64,000 nt of DNA from Candidatus Beckwithbacteria bacterium (GCA_026397255.1 JAPLVF010000013.1:85030-149029); one strand, 5' to 3'. Shown: positions 51,389 through 61,052, numbered from the stretch's first letter. The notes: a model not told the origin generated them from the letters alone. Numbers and translations: made by a program.

Positions 51389-52645
51389 ATGGGTCCAACG
51401 ATAATATTTGATAAATCGTTCCTTCAAAGTATAAGCGTTGATGAATCCGTATTTCTTCAACAGTTTTTTATAACCAACGTAACCCCACTTTTTTATGTAG
51501 AGACTCTAGGAGACCTTGATTTAGGAAAACACAAAAGCGGGAAACCAATCACAGAAATTATTAGTGCACTAGCAATAAAAGTACCATCAACTAGTGTTGC
51601 GCCAAATATTCATCATAGAAGATTAATTATGGGTAATTTAATAGGCATGGACGTTGAAATGGATGGCAGAATTATTCGTGAAGGTGGTATCGAGAAAGTT
51701 GATCCTGACGGAAACGTTGGTATTCACTACTCTGAATCTCAAGAGGAAATGGCCTTAAATAGATGGCATAAAAGAGAATATTTTGCTGTTGAAAAATTAT
51801 TTTCTAAATCATGGAGAAATATGTTATCAAATCTAACCTTTGATCACATATTAGGAATCATTAAAAATCTTCTACCTAATAATGAAAAGTTATCAAATTA
51901 TTCACAAGTAAAAAAATTCGTAGATAAATTTATCACAAAAACAAAGATCGAGCTTTTACTTTATCTCGTTATTGAATTTTCAGGGATTAACCAAAATTAT
52001 TATCATAAAGCATTACAAAGATGGCGTAGAGAATCTATTTCGGATTTTGAGAAATTTGCCCCTTATGCAGCATATGTTTTAAAAATCGACTTGTTTTTCT
52101 ACATTTGCATGTTTCTTGGCTTGGAGTCGAAAAATCGTCCAAGCCATAAAATCGATCTAGCCTATTTATATTATTTACCTTTTTGTAATGTTTTCGTATC
52201 AAGCGATAAACTACATAAAAGAATTGTTAATTTTTTTTTGAGAAAAGATCAAATTTTTGTAGATGGCCCAGACTTTAAAAGAGGCTTAAGTAAATTAAAT
52301 GAATACTACTTGCATTATTTAGATCAAATTAATAAAGAAGGATTTATGAGATTTGCCCCTCAGCCTCCAAAAGATTTAGACAATACCGTTTCTAAAATAT
52401 GGGACAAAATATTTCCTAATTGGAGAGGAACAAAGCTAGATAAAATAAAAGAGAGAAATCCGGAAGAAGAAAAAATATTATTAGAAAAGTTAAAAAGAAT
52501 TCAGAAAGAATCAATTGTAGTTGATAGAAAAACACCTATGGATGACATTCATCACATTATCGAAACACATAAAGTTCTGGTTCAAAAAGGAAAATGGAGA
52601 ATTCTTCCCGAGGGAATAGAAAATAAAAAGTCACAAAATAAATAA
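51389..52645 (+). CDS. Hypothetical protein with possible PIN-like acidic motifs
   Basis: IIFDKS, YVETL, IDLAY, FVSSDK. Confidence 0.55.
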   Translation: MGPTIIFDKSFLQSISVDESVFLQQFFITNVTPLFYVETLGDLDLGKHKSGKPITEIISALAIKVPSTSVAPNIHHRRLIMGNLIGMDVEMDGRIIREGGIEKVDPDGNVGIHYSESQEEMALNRWHKREYFAVEKLFSKSWRNMLSNLTFDHILGIIKNLLPNNEKLSNYSQVKKFVDKFITKTKIELLLYLVIEFSGINQNYYHKALQRWRRESISDFEKFAPYAAYVLKIDLFFYICMFLGLESKNRPSHKIDLAYLYYLPFCNVFVSSDKLHKRIVNFFLRKDQIFVDGPDFKRGLSKLNEYYLHYLDQINKEGFMRFAPQPPKDLDNTVSKIWDKIFPNWRGTKLDKIKERNPEEEKILLEKLKRIQKESIVVDRKTPMDDIHHIIETHKVLVQKGKWRILPEGIENKKSQNK

Positions 52646-52738
52646 TATATCAAACTATATCAGCAATATTAAAGACGTCCCTTTTTATACTGTCTCATTT
52701 GTCTCATTTAGTCTGGGGATGATACACTATGGGAGTTT

Positions 52739-52782
52739 AGTTATAGCGACTTAATGGTCCCAGACCGGACCGCTCAACTAAT
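52739..52782 (+). repeat. 44-bp cassette-boundary site, copy 1
   Basis: AGTTATAGCGACTTAATGGTCCCAGACCGGACCGCTCAACTAAT. Confidence 0.9.
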
Positions 52783-52813
52783 ACGAGCAAAATTAATAAA
52801 AAAACAAAATTAT

Positions 52814-53626
52814 ATGGGTAATACATTAATTACTTACAAACAAAAATTAAATCTTAATAATGGATTTGTTATTAATATTAATGAATTTAAACGTATTTAT
52901 AGGGCTGTAGAGGAAACAATCAAAAATACCTCGGAATACAAAAAAGATATCAGTATCTACTCAAGCATAGAAGGTGAAACAAGTGCCGGAGATATAAAAG
53001 GACAATCTTTTGAAGATTTTCTAAATGAAATTATAACTCGACAGCTTGAGCTACAGTCTGTCAGAATATATCTGAGTTATAGTACTTATTCAAAAGAAAA
53101 TCCCTATTCCTATACAATCGACATGTATTTAGGAAGAGCTTTTGGTAACCAGATAAATCTGAGTGGATCAGACGAAAAATGGGTTTTAGATTCAAAAGAC
53201 AAACTTGAATTCACTTTTAGCAAGGTATCTCTATACCCCAAAGCTAAAAAGCCATTACCAACTAGATTAGTTGACTTTATATTTAATGGTAAGTTGGTAG
53301 TTACGGCGTGGATAATGGTGATTTTCTCTCTTTTGTTTTCGAAATTTTTCCCAAACATTTATTATGCCTGGATAAGTTCGTTTATTATCGCATATGCGTT
53401 AATGGGTGTAGCTACATTGGCGCTTATTAACCAAGGAGACAAAACTCCAATCGCAAAATTCATGTTTGTAAATAAAGAAAAGCAGGCTACCAAAAAGTCA
53501 ATTGTTGATTATGCTGTGAAGCAGCCGAGAATAATTCAAATAATCCTTTTCATTTTTGCTTTGGTAGGTTTTATTTCTGCGATATTTACAATAATAGACA
53601 TTGCTAAAAGATATAACTGGATATAG
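52814..53626 (+). CDS. Cassette gene 1: soluble N-terminal domain plus three C-terminal TMs
   Basis: ATG after site 1; hydrophobic C-terminal segments. Confidence 0.75.
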   Translation: MGNTLITYKQKLNLNNGFVININEFKRIYRAVEETIKNTSEYKKDISIYSSIEGETSAGDIKGQSFEDFLNEIITRQLELQSVRIYLSYSTYSKENPYSYTIDMYLGRAFGNQINLSGSDEKWVLDSKDKLEFTFSKVSLYPKAKKPLPTRLVDFIFNGKLVVTAWIMVIFSLLFSKFFPNIYYAWISSFIIAYALMGVATLALINQGDKTPIAKFMFVNKEKQATKKSIVDYAVKQPRIIQIILFIFALVGFISAIFTIIDIAKRYNWI

Positions 53627-53636
53627 TTATTTAGTT

Positions 53637-53680
53637 ATTTATAAGGATAGAATGGTCCGAGATCGGGCCACTCAACTAAA
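53637..53680 (+). repeat. 44-bp cassette-boundary site, copy 2
   Basis: ATTTATAAGGATAGAATGGTCCGAGATCGGGCCACTCAACTAAA. Confidence 0.85.
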
Positions 53681-53681
53681 T

Positions 53682-54362
53682 ATGAAATTAAAAGTGGGAT
53701 ACTACAATGAAGAATACAATCTAAAAGAATTCTATGAATTGAAGAAGAAGAATTTTTGGATTGTAATTGTTGTTTTATTATTAACCTTTTTAATAGTTAC
53801 TTTTAAACTACTCCCAAATAATTTTACGGCGGTTTTAATTTCCTTTGTTGCTGTCGGTGTAATATCTGATTTATTGATAAATATGATTGTGGGTAATATT
53901 TGGAGCCGTAAGTCTTTAAGAGATGTTGATGGCGTTCAAAAATATCTATCTCCATTAGAACAGGTGTCTTGGTTACCCAGAATAATTGGTATTTTTGAAC
54001 GAATAATCTTTACGGCTAGTTTTATTATGCAAAAACCTGAATTCATTGGTATTTGGTTAGGTTTGAAAGTTATTGGAAGCTGGAAAGACAATTCTCCTGA
54101 AAATCTGGAGAAAGAAAGAAAGAAAAAAGAAAAAGGGGAAAAAGTAATTAAACTCTGGCGCATAAGAGAGAATATTTTTCTTATAGGGACAGCTTTATCA
54201 CTTTTTTCGAGTTTTTTCGCATCCTACATATATTCACAAATAATTCATTTAACCAATTCTTTCGATAATAAATCTATCCATCTTCAGAAAAAAATTATGT
54301 ATTTACAACATAATTATTATCATTTTCCAGCGTACGATAATTTTTCAAAATCAGAAAAATAA
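53682..54362 (+). CDS. Cassette gene 2: membrane protein
   Basis: ATG 1 nt after site 2; IGIFER...WLGLK...FLIGT motif. Confidence 0.75.
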   Translation: MKLKVGYYNEEYNLKEFYELKKKNFWIVIVVLLLTFLIVTFKLLPNNFTAVLISFVAVGVISDLLINMIVGNIWSRKSLRDVDGVQKYLSPLEQVSWLPRIIGIFERIIFTASFIMQKPEFIGIWLGLKVIGSWKDNSPENLEKERKKKEKGEKVIKLWRIRENIFLIGTALSLFSSFFASYIYSQIIHLTNSFDNKSIHLQKKIMYLQHNYYHFPAYDNFSKSEK

Positions 54363-54392
54363 ATTAGTCATAGACCAACTAGTTAAGTAAAT
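54349..54392 (+). repeat. Degenerate cassette-boundary site, copy 3
   Basis: Core AGTC-ATA-GACC-AACTAGTTAAGTAAAT at the gene junction. Confidence 0.55.
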
Positions 54393-54428
54393 TTGAGACA
54401 AATACGGAGATTGTCTTTAAATTTGAAT

Positions 54429-55025
54429 ATGCAACAATATATATGGGGAACATGCCAAACGAAAAAATATTCAATATTAGAAGTAAGCCAATCACAAAAT
54501 CAAATAGTTATAAGGCCAATTGGAACAAAAACACATTTAACTTTACACAAGCTCGATGTTAAAAAGGAAACTGATCAGTACTGGATAGTTAAATATCAAA
54601 ATTCTCCACTTAAGTTATATAAAAATTCGTATGCGCCTATATCATTTAGTTGGAATAGTTCAGCAATTAGAGGAGTCTGGTCAGATTTAATAGTAGATGT
54701 GGCAAGGAAAAGTGGATTTTTAAATCCGGAAAAACACGCCACCTCTTCTCAAGGTTTATTAGTTAAATGTGTAAACACAATGGGTTACGATATCGGTACA
54801 ACTAGAATAGAATTGAATCATAGCTCTATCAAGGCAAAATATCTTAAACAGGCTGATAAGATCGCTGAATTAGATCTAAAAAATACTAAATTTATGGTTA
54901 GGATAATTCTTTCAACTCCAGATAATGAATATAAAAACAAGTCAGATTGTTCATTTGAAACTAATTTAGGTAAATTATTTATTGTTAATGAAGAGGTACC
55001 AGTTATCAGGATAAAACGGTCCTAG
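54429..55025 (+). CDS. Cassette gene 3: hypothetical protein
   Basis: ORF whose TAG stop lies in the centre of site 4. Confidence 0.65.
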   Translation: MQQYIWGTCQTKKYSILEVSQSQNQIVIRPIGTKTHLTLHKLDVKKETDQYWIVKYQNSPLKLYKNSYAPISFSWNSSAIRGVWSDLIVDVARKSGFLNPEKHATSSQGLLVKCVNTMGYDIGTTRIELNHSSIKAKYLKQADKIAELDLKNTKFMVRIILSTPDNEYKNKSDCSFETNLGKLFIVNEEVPVIRIKRS

Positions 55026-55044
55026 ACCGAACCGCTCAATAAAT
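55001..55044 (+). repeat. 44-bp cassette-boundary site, copy 4
   Basis: AGTTATCAGGATAAAACGGTCCTAGACCGAACCGCTCAATAAAT. Confidence 0.88.
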
Positions 55045-55082
55045 AGGTACTTAATACACCTAAAATTTGATATTATAAAAAT

Positions 55083-55979
55083 ATGAATATAAATATAAGT
55101 ATAAATACAAATAAAAATCAACTTTCCCTGACCCCATTGGAAATTGCATCTAACAAACTTTTTGCAGTTTTGCTGGCCTTGTCCACTCTCATGTATTTTT
55201 TAAATATATTTACTCTCCCGACAATCATTATCTATATAGTGTTTGTCTTTTTCCTCTGGTTCGGTAAAAAATATCGCCTGTTTGCCAACATTATTTTTTT
55301 AATTTTCGCTATAGGTGTTTATTTTATCCCAATTACGCCCATTGGCTGGGGGCTTTTCCGCATGCTAAAAGAACTTCGACTTGGCGATGTTGATTTTAAT
55401 TTTGCCTTAATTTTTTACCTTGCCGCACTTATTTTTATTTCTTTTTCGGTTAGAAATGTTTTAGGCAATATTTTCGCTTACTTTAAAACCAGCACCGCGT
55501 CGCGTAATGTTTATTATTTTATTTCTCTAGTTATTGTTTTGGCAACACTCTTAGCTTATCCGTTTTTGGATAGCGTAAAGTTACGCGATCAATCTTTTCC
55601 AGCACAAGGAACCGGAGATCTGAGTACAATTGTCATACGACAAACACTTACTTTTATAGATCGTTATCATAAAGAGGACGGTTTCACTTCGAGGTTTGAT
55701 TCTTCCACTAAAAAATATGTTTACCGTTTGCGATTACTTGAGCCATTAAATAAAGACCTTCAATTTACAAAAGTTGAAACTGACGGCGAAAAAATTAATT
55801 TTACAACTGATAACCGGGTAAAATGTTTGAATTGTCAAAAGGATATGGGCAATCCCTACGGCTTAGTTTTCCCGGCTGGCAAAGACATTGATTTCATCAT
55901 CTCCAGTGACCAGTTGATTAGGACAATAAATTTCACTGAGCAGGAAAATAAGCTGGCTGAATTTGTTTTTTGGAAATAA
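55083..55979 (+). CDS. Cassette gene 4: multi-TM protein with a C-terminal extracytoplasmic domain
   Basis: About five TM segments then a soluble domain. Confidence 0.75.
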   Translation: MNINISINTNKNQLSLTPLEIASNKLFAVLLALSTLMYFLNIFTLPTIIIYIVFVFFLWFGKKYRLFANIIFLIFAIGVYFIPITPIGWGLFRMLKELRLGDVDFNFALIFYLAALIFISFSVRNVLGNIFAYFKTSTASRNVYYFISLVIVLATLLAYPFLDSVKLRDQSFPAQGTGDLSTIVIRQTLTFIDRYHKEDGFTSRFDSSTKKYVYRLRLLEPLNKDLQFTKVETDGEKINFTTDNRVKCLNCQKDMGNPYGLVFPAGKDIDFIISSDQLIRTINFTEQENKLAEFVFWK

Positions 55980-56006
55980 TTTCGGAGGATAAAGTTTGCA
56001 AACTAC

Positions 56007-56050
56007 ACTTATAATGATATTAAGGGTCCAGACCGGACCGCTCAACTAAG
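56007..56050 (+). repeat. 44-bp cassette-boundary site, copy 5
   Basis: ACTTATAATGATATTAAGGGTCCAGACCGGACCGCTCAACTAAG, directly before the ATG at 56051. Confidence 0.9.
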
Positions 56051-56710
56051 ATGAAATTTTTTAGATATTTGCTGGCGTTTTTAACTATCTTAATTTTTAT
56101 TTTGGCCATTTATTTTGGGTTTTTTAAGACGAAAAATAAAGAACACACGATTCTTTCACCGATCGCAGAAGTAACTACCCAAAAAACTTCAAATTTCTCA
56201 CTAGAAAAAGCACCAACGGAATCACTTAAAGGAAAAATTGTGACTATGACAGGAGAAATTAGCTGGCAGTCAAGAACGGCAACTGAGGCAGCCAGAATTT
56301 TTTCGCCCAGCGAAATTCAACAAGGAGAGAAATTAATTACCGGAGAAAAAAGCAATTTAGCTTTGGTTTTTACAGAGGCCTGTTCGGTAACACTTTCGGA
56401 GAAAACAGAAATGGAGATTGTGCAAACTCTTCCGGCCAATATAGTTTTTTCCCAAACTAACGGGACTGGCGAATATGTTAAAACAGGTGGTTATCCTGTG
56501 ACTATCAGGGTGATGAACCTTTTGGCAGAAGAGGATGGTGATATGATCGTCTCTATTGATCCAAAAAAACCGATTATTAGCTTGACTCTAAGGTCAGGAA
56601 AAGCGACGGCGGCCTTTAATGATTTAAATTATGTCAGTCATGAAATGACAGTGGTTGCCGGACAAACTTTTATTTTCAATTATGATACGCGGAAAGGGGT
56701 TCTAAAATAG
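56051..56710 (+). CDS. Membrane-anchored FecR-like domain protein
   Basis: TM, then GEI...IQQGEKLITGEKS..ALVF...LSEKTEM. Confidence 0.65.
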   Translation: MKFFRYLLAFLTILIFILAIYFGFFKTKNKEHTILSPIAEVTTQKTSNFSLEKAPTESLKGKIVTMTGEISWQSRTATEAARIFSPSEIQQGEKLITGEKSNLALVFTEACSVTLSEKTEMEIVQTLPANIVFSQTNGTGEYVKTGGYPVTIRVMNLLAEEDGDMIVSIDPKKPIISLTLRSGKATAAFNDLNYVSHEMTVVAGQTFIFNYDTRKGVLK

Positions 56711-57848
56711 TTTCTCCCTCGTACCCTAAAGCCCAAAGAGCAATGCCGCCAAGGGAATTTTGTTTGGCTAACTCAGTTTTATACTGGATGGCCGCTTTAT
56801 CCGGATAAAAAATTTGGTAATAAGTTTTAGTTGTCTGGTCCTCATAAATAAAGTGGCTTTCTTTATCAATTTGGTCAAACTGGGCACTGCAAGTAGCACA
56901 GTCTGCCAACAAAGTCTCCGCCCGGACATTGCTGATAATAAAGCCTGTTCCCGGAATAATTGCCGAGCGGGGAACATTGCCGATGGCTTCCCAGCCGTAG
57001 CCATAAAGAGGAATGCCTAAAATAAGTTTTTTGGCAGGCATTATTTTAAGAGCCGCCTCAACTGCAGCTTGAGTGTCGAATTCGGAAACCACTCCTGCCC
57101 CCTCTCCCGGAGCCACCGGTCCGGTGACATAAGAACCGATGTAGTGATAGTCATAAGCCATGAGAATTACTTTATCAACCAGCGAAGCCAGGATAGCCGG
57201 ATCGGAAAGGTTTGTTTCTTTGACAAAAGCAAAGGCAGTAATATCAATAGACAGGCTTTTTACTTTTTTAGGATCGAGGTTGCTTTTGACTGCTTGAACA
57301 AAACGGGTAAATTTTACCCGGGCTGCAGGAGAGGCATCTTGAGTCTGTTCAATGTCTAAATTTAAATCAGTAAAACCATAATTCTCCATTATGGGAGTAA
57401 CTGCTTCGACTAAATTTTTAGCGCTGGCTTCCGGATCAGCCAGCAGATTATTTATGGTTTCGTCATCAACGCTGAAGACAGCCAACGAAAGCTTAACTTT
57501 TTTTTCTTTGGCGCTATTAATGAAAGGGTCAATTTTGCCGCTGGTGAGGGCTAAATAGCCGGGTTCACTTTCTCCGGGATTGGTATATTTTTGAATGGTC
57601 CCGTCACCGGCAACGGTCAAGCTAAAATAGGTCAACGTAGTAATATATTTTGAGTAATCGTTTTGGGCCCGGCTGACCAACCAATAAGGCAGGAAACCGA
57701 CAACTTCCCGACGGGGAATGACAATATTAACCAATGAGACTTTTTCGCCGGAGATTTTTGGCAGGAAGTAATTATAAATTGTCAGATATCCGGCAAAAAT
57801 TACGGCGATTAAAATTAGAAAGATTAAGACGCTTTTTCGCTTCATCAA
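56676..57848 (-). CDS. Glycoside hydrolase family 18
   Basis: VVGFLPYW, DLNLDIE, LMAYDY, KLILGIPLYG, GGIALWALG. Confidence 0.9.
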   Translation of the reverse strand: MMKRKSVLIFLILIAVIFAGYLTIYNYFLPKISGEKVSLVNIVIPRREVVGFLPYWLVSRAQNDYSKYITTLTYFSLTVAGDGTIQKYTNPGESEPGYLALTSGKIDPFINSAKEKKVKLSLAVFSVDDETINNLLADPEASAKNLVEAVTPIMENYGFTDLNLDIEQTQDASPAARVKFTRFVQAVKSNLDPKKVKSLSIDITAFAFVKETNLSDPAILASLVDKVILMAYDYHYIGSYVTGPVAPGEGAGVVSEFDTQAAVEAALKIMPAKKLILGIPLYGYGWEAIGNVPRSAIIPGTGFIISNVRAETLLADCATCSAQFDQIDKESHFIYEDQTTKTYYQIFYPDKAAIQYKTELAKQNSLGGIALWALGYEGETILEPLSAYHN

Positions 57849-57869
57849 AAGAAATTATATAATACTTTA

Positions 57870-58706
57870 ATGAAGAGGACCTTAATATTTATTTTATTAC
57901 TAGTAATCGCTGGGGGGATTTTGGGGGTAGTAAAATATTTCTCTCAGCGTAAGACTGATTTCCAAGCCGCAACTGCACATCAACCAAAAATCCCCTTTCA
58001 AAAACTAATCAAGGAGTCAGAAACGGTAAAAGTGCCGATCCTCATTTATCATTACGTGGAATATGTCAAAGATGAAGGAGACACAATCAGAAAAAGCCTG
58101 AACATCACGCCGAATATTTTTGAAAAACAAATTCAGACACTTTTAGATAATTCTTATTCTTTCATTTTTATCGATGAGCTGGCGGATTATCTGGATGGCA
58201 AGGTCAAATTAGCGCCAAAACCGATTATTTTAACTTTTGATGACGGCTATGAAGACTTTTATACCGTGGTTTTGCCAATATTAACAAAACATAACGTCAA
58301 GGCGACGGTTTATATTGTGCCGGGATTTTTGGACAAACTAAATGCGATGACGAGTAAACAAATTCAGGAAGTAGCTAACAGCGGCCTGGTGGAAATTGCC
58401 TCGCACACAGTTCATCATATCAATCTTAAATATGAGTCGGCTAAAATAGCCGAAGCAGAAATTATCGACAGTAAAAACAAACTGGAACAGCTAATTGCCA
58501 AAAGGGTGAATAATTTTGCTTACCCTTACGGCGGTTTTAATGAAGAAACAATCAAATTGCTTAAGGAAGCGGGGTACCGAACGGCGGTGACGGATACAAA
58601 CGGCAGTTACCAATCTGAAGTTAATCGCTATTATCTTTATCGTCTGCGTCCAGGAGCCAAAACCGGCAAAGAGTTAATCGACTGGTTGGAGAGTTTGGAA
58701 AAATAA
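57870..58706 (+). CDS. Polysaccharide deacetylase (CE4/NodB)
   Basis: PILIYH, LTFDDGY, SHTVHH, FAYPYG. Confidence 0.92.
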   Translation: MKRTLIFILLLVIAGGILGVVKYFSQRKTDFQAATAHQPKIPFQKLIKESETVKVPILIYHYVEYVKDEGDTIRKSLNITPNIFEKQIQTLLDNSYSFIFIDELADYLDGKVKLAPKPIILTFDDGYEDFYTVVLPILTKHNVKATVYIVPGFLDKLNAMTSKQIQEVANSGLVEIASHTVHHINLKYESAKIAEAEIIDSKNKLEQLIAKRVNNFAYPYGGFNEETIKLLKEAGYRTAVTDTNGSYQSEVNRYYLYRLRPGAKTGKELIDWLESLEK

Positions 58707-58707
58707 A

Positions 58708-60486
58708 TCAGTGTAAATCGTATTTGGCGAGAAGTTTTTGGTTACCGGCAATTTGGTAGCGCAAGAGTTCGGAATAAACCCCGGGTTTTTGGGCTAATTC
58801 ACCCGGAGTGCCAACATTAACCAATTTCCCTTCATCAATCACCAAAATTTGGTCGGCGGCCTGAATGGTGGAGAAGCGGTGGGCAATAATAATCACTAAT
58901 TTATCTTTCATTAAATTTTCCAGAGCAGATTGAATTGTGCTTTCAGACTGAGAATCAAGGTTGCTGGTAGCTTCGTCCAAAATTAAAATCGGTGAGTTGC
59001 GCATAATCGCCCGGGCGATTTGAATCCGCTGTTTTTGGCCGCCGGAAAGCTTAACTCCCCGTTCGCCGATTTCGGCATCTAATTTGCCTGGCAATTGCCT
59101 CACAAAATCATAGGCATTGGCTTTTTTTAAAGCAGAAATAATCGCTTCATCTGAGGCTTTAGTCAGTCCATAGCTGACGTTTTCCCGGACAGTGGTAGAA
59201 AACAATTCATTATCCTGGAACACCAGAGAAATATGGCTACGGATCTGTTGGTGGGTCAATCGGCTGTAAGGTTGATTGTTTAAATAAATCTCGCCGGAAG
59301 CCGGCTGATAAAATTTTAAAACCAAGTTGATAATGGTGGATTTGCCGGCGCCGGAGTGACCGACTAAGGCAATAGTTTGACGGCCGGGAGTCGAAAAACT
59401 TAAATTGTGCAAAACTTCCTGACCGTCAGCCGAGTAGCGAAAAGAAACTTTATCAAAACGCAGGCTGGGGGGTTTAATAATTTTGACCGGCGGCAAAGGC
59501 AACAGATTTAATTTTTCTTCTGACTCTAAATCCATAACTTCAAAATATTCCTTAGAACCGCTTTCCGCCGCCTGAATTCTTTCCAAAATAAAACTCATCG
59601 CAAACAACGGCCGGCGCATCAGGTTAATCAACTGTAAAATCAAAACCATTTCGCCTAAAGTTAATTTGCCGGTAAAAGTTTGGCTGAAAGTAATCAGAGA
59701 AATTAGGACTAAAACCAGCTCGAGGCTAAATTCACGGATAAAATTAATGATGTGATAAGTAGTGGATTGACGGTCATAAATTTCGTTAACTTTGGCCAGG
59801 ATTTTGGAAACTAATTTCCATTCCAGCGCCTGGGCCATAAAACCCCGGACCAAACGAATATTGCTGATGACTTCGCTGATGCGGCCGCGGGCAATATCTT
59901 CCAGTCGGTTTTTTTTAACTTCTTCTTTGCCCCATTTTTTGGTCGAGTAATTACTCATTAAGATATAGGCAGGAAAAATCAGAAAGGCGAGCAAGCCGAT
60001 CGGCCGGCTGTAATAAAACAGAATCCCGACGGTAAAAATGCTTTGGAAAATGGCCGGCAAAACAAAGTTGGTGAACATCCCCATAAAATCCTGAATGGAT
60101 TGGATGCCGCGGATAAGTTGATTTAAGATTTTTCCGGAAATCTCCGAGTCAAAATATTTTTGGGGCAGGGTAAAAACGTGCGAGTAAAATTTTTCGGTTA
60201 AAAAACGGCGCAAACGACTGTTAATGTAGTCGCCAAAACGCATACTTAAGGAATCAAGCAGGGAAGATAAAAGATTAACTACCAATAAGCCCAACATTAA
60301 CAGGCTGACGGTTTGAAGATTGCCGTTATGGGTAGTAATCTCTTTTTGAATGTTATCAACGATAAATTTTATAAAAAACGGTTGGACCTGCTGCAAAACA
60401 GACATCACTAAAACCAACAAGCTTAAAAGCAAAGTCAGCCGATACAAAGGTTTGGATAAGGCGATAATTTTGCGGATGTTCTTCAT
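58708..60486 (-). CDS. ABC exporter, fused permease/ATPase
   Basis: TM domain, GHSGAGKS, LSGGQKQR, LDEATS. Confidence 0.93.
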   Translation of the reverse strand: MKNIRKIIALSKPLYRLTLLLSLLVLVMSVLQQVQPFFIKFIVDNIQKEITTHNGNLQTVSLLMLGLLVVNLLSSLLDSLSMRFGDYINSRLRRFLTEKFYSHVFTLPQKYFDSEISGKILNQLIRGIQSIQDFMGMFTNFVLPAIFQSIFTVGILFYYSRPIGLLAFLIFPAYILMSNYSTKKWGKEEVKKNRLEDIARGRISEVISNIRLVRGFMAQALEWKLVSKILAKVNEIYDRQSTTYHIINFIREFSLELVLVLISLITFSQTFTGKLTLGEMVLILQLINLMRRPLFAMSFILERIQAAESGSKEYFEVMDLESEEKLNLLPLPPVKIIKPPSLRFDKVSFRYSADGQEVLHNLSFSTPGRQTIALVGHSGAGKSTIINLVLKFYQPASGEIYLNNQPYSRLTHQQIRSHISLVFQDNELFSTTVRENVSYGLTKASDEAIISALKKANAYDFVRQLPGKLDAEIGERGVKLSGGQKQRIQIARAIMRNSPILILDEATSNLDSQSESTIQSALENLMKDKLVIIIAHRFSTIQAADQILVIDEGKLVNVGTPGELAQKPGVYSELLRYQIAGNQKLLAKYDLH

Positions 60487-60524
60487 AAGAAAGATTTTAT
60501 AAGGAATTATAATATAATTAATTA

Positions 60525-61052
60525 ATGAAATCTCTAAAATTAATTATTTTTATTTTAGTTTTGGGGCTTGTTGGCAGTATAATTGTATTGAGCCAGAAAA
60601 AAGGGGTAAAGATGCAAATATTCAGTTCCGCTTTTGAAAACGGGGAAACAATACCGAGCAAATATAGCTGTGATGGTGACAATGTTGGCCCGCCGTTAAC
60701 TTTTGCGAACGTACCGGAAACAACTAAATCACTGGCGTTAATTGTTGATGATCCGGATGCGCCGTCAGGAACCTGGATTCATTGGTTAATTTGGAATATT
60801 GACCCGAAAACAACAACGTTAGCAGAAAATTCCGTACCGGCAGGCGCAGTTCAGGGAACCGCCAGTTCCGGACAAGCCAAATACGGCGGGCCGTGTCCGC
60901 CATCAGGCGAGCATCGCTATTTTTTCAAACTTTATGCCTTGGACAGCAGACTCAATCTAATTAGTTCGGCAAGAATTGAAGAGTTGGAAGCGGCAATAAA
61001 GGGGCATGTTTTAACCCAAGCCCAAATTATGGGCCGCTACGGACGAGAATAA
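60525..61052 (+). CDS. YbhB/YbcL (PEBP) family protein
   Basis: DDPDAP, HWLIWNI, YGGPCPPSGEHRYFF. Confidence 0.93.
   Translation: MKSLKLIIFILVLGLVGSIIVLSQKKGVKMQIFSSAFENGETIPSKYSCDGDNVGPPLTFANVPETTKSLALIVDDPDAPSGTWIHWLIWNIDPKTTTLAENSVPAGAVQGTASSGQAKYGGPCPPSGEHRYFFKLYALDSRLNLISSARIEELEAAIKGHVLTQAQIMGRYGRE

Larger units (their letters stand above)
48282..56050. mobile_element. AT-rich genomic island downstream of tRNA-Gln
   Basis: Visible drop in GC and loss of host CCG/GGC codon usage; eight co-oriented orphan ORFs; repeated 44-bp sites; no integrase in window; boundaries approximate. Confidence 0.7.

Noticed and set aside
52690..52709. TGTCTCATT tandem duplication near site 1
   Set aside because: A two-copy 9-10 bp duplication with no other occurrence noticed; likely slippage
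52754..53681. ORF-track starts MVPDRTAQL / MVRDRATQL as a shared N-terminal peptide
   Set aside because: These are translations of the DNA repeat itself; the likelier starts are 52814 and 53682
52739..56050. CRISPR array or classical integron
   Set aside because: Spacers are 0.6-1 kb whole genes, the repeats lack paired RYYYAAC/GTTRRRY attC boxes, and no cas or intI gene is in the window
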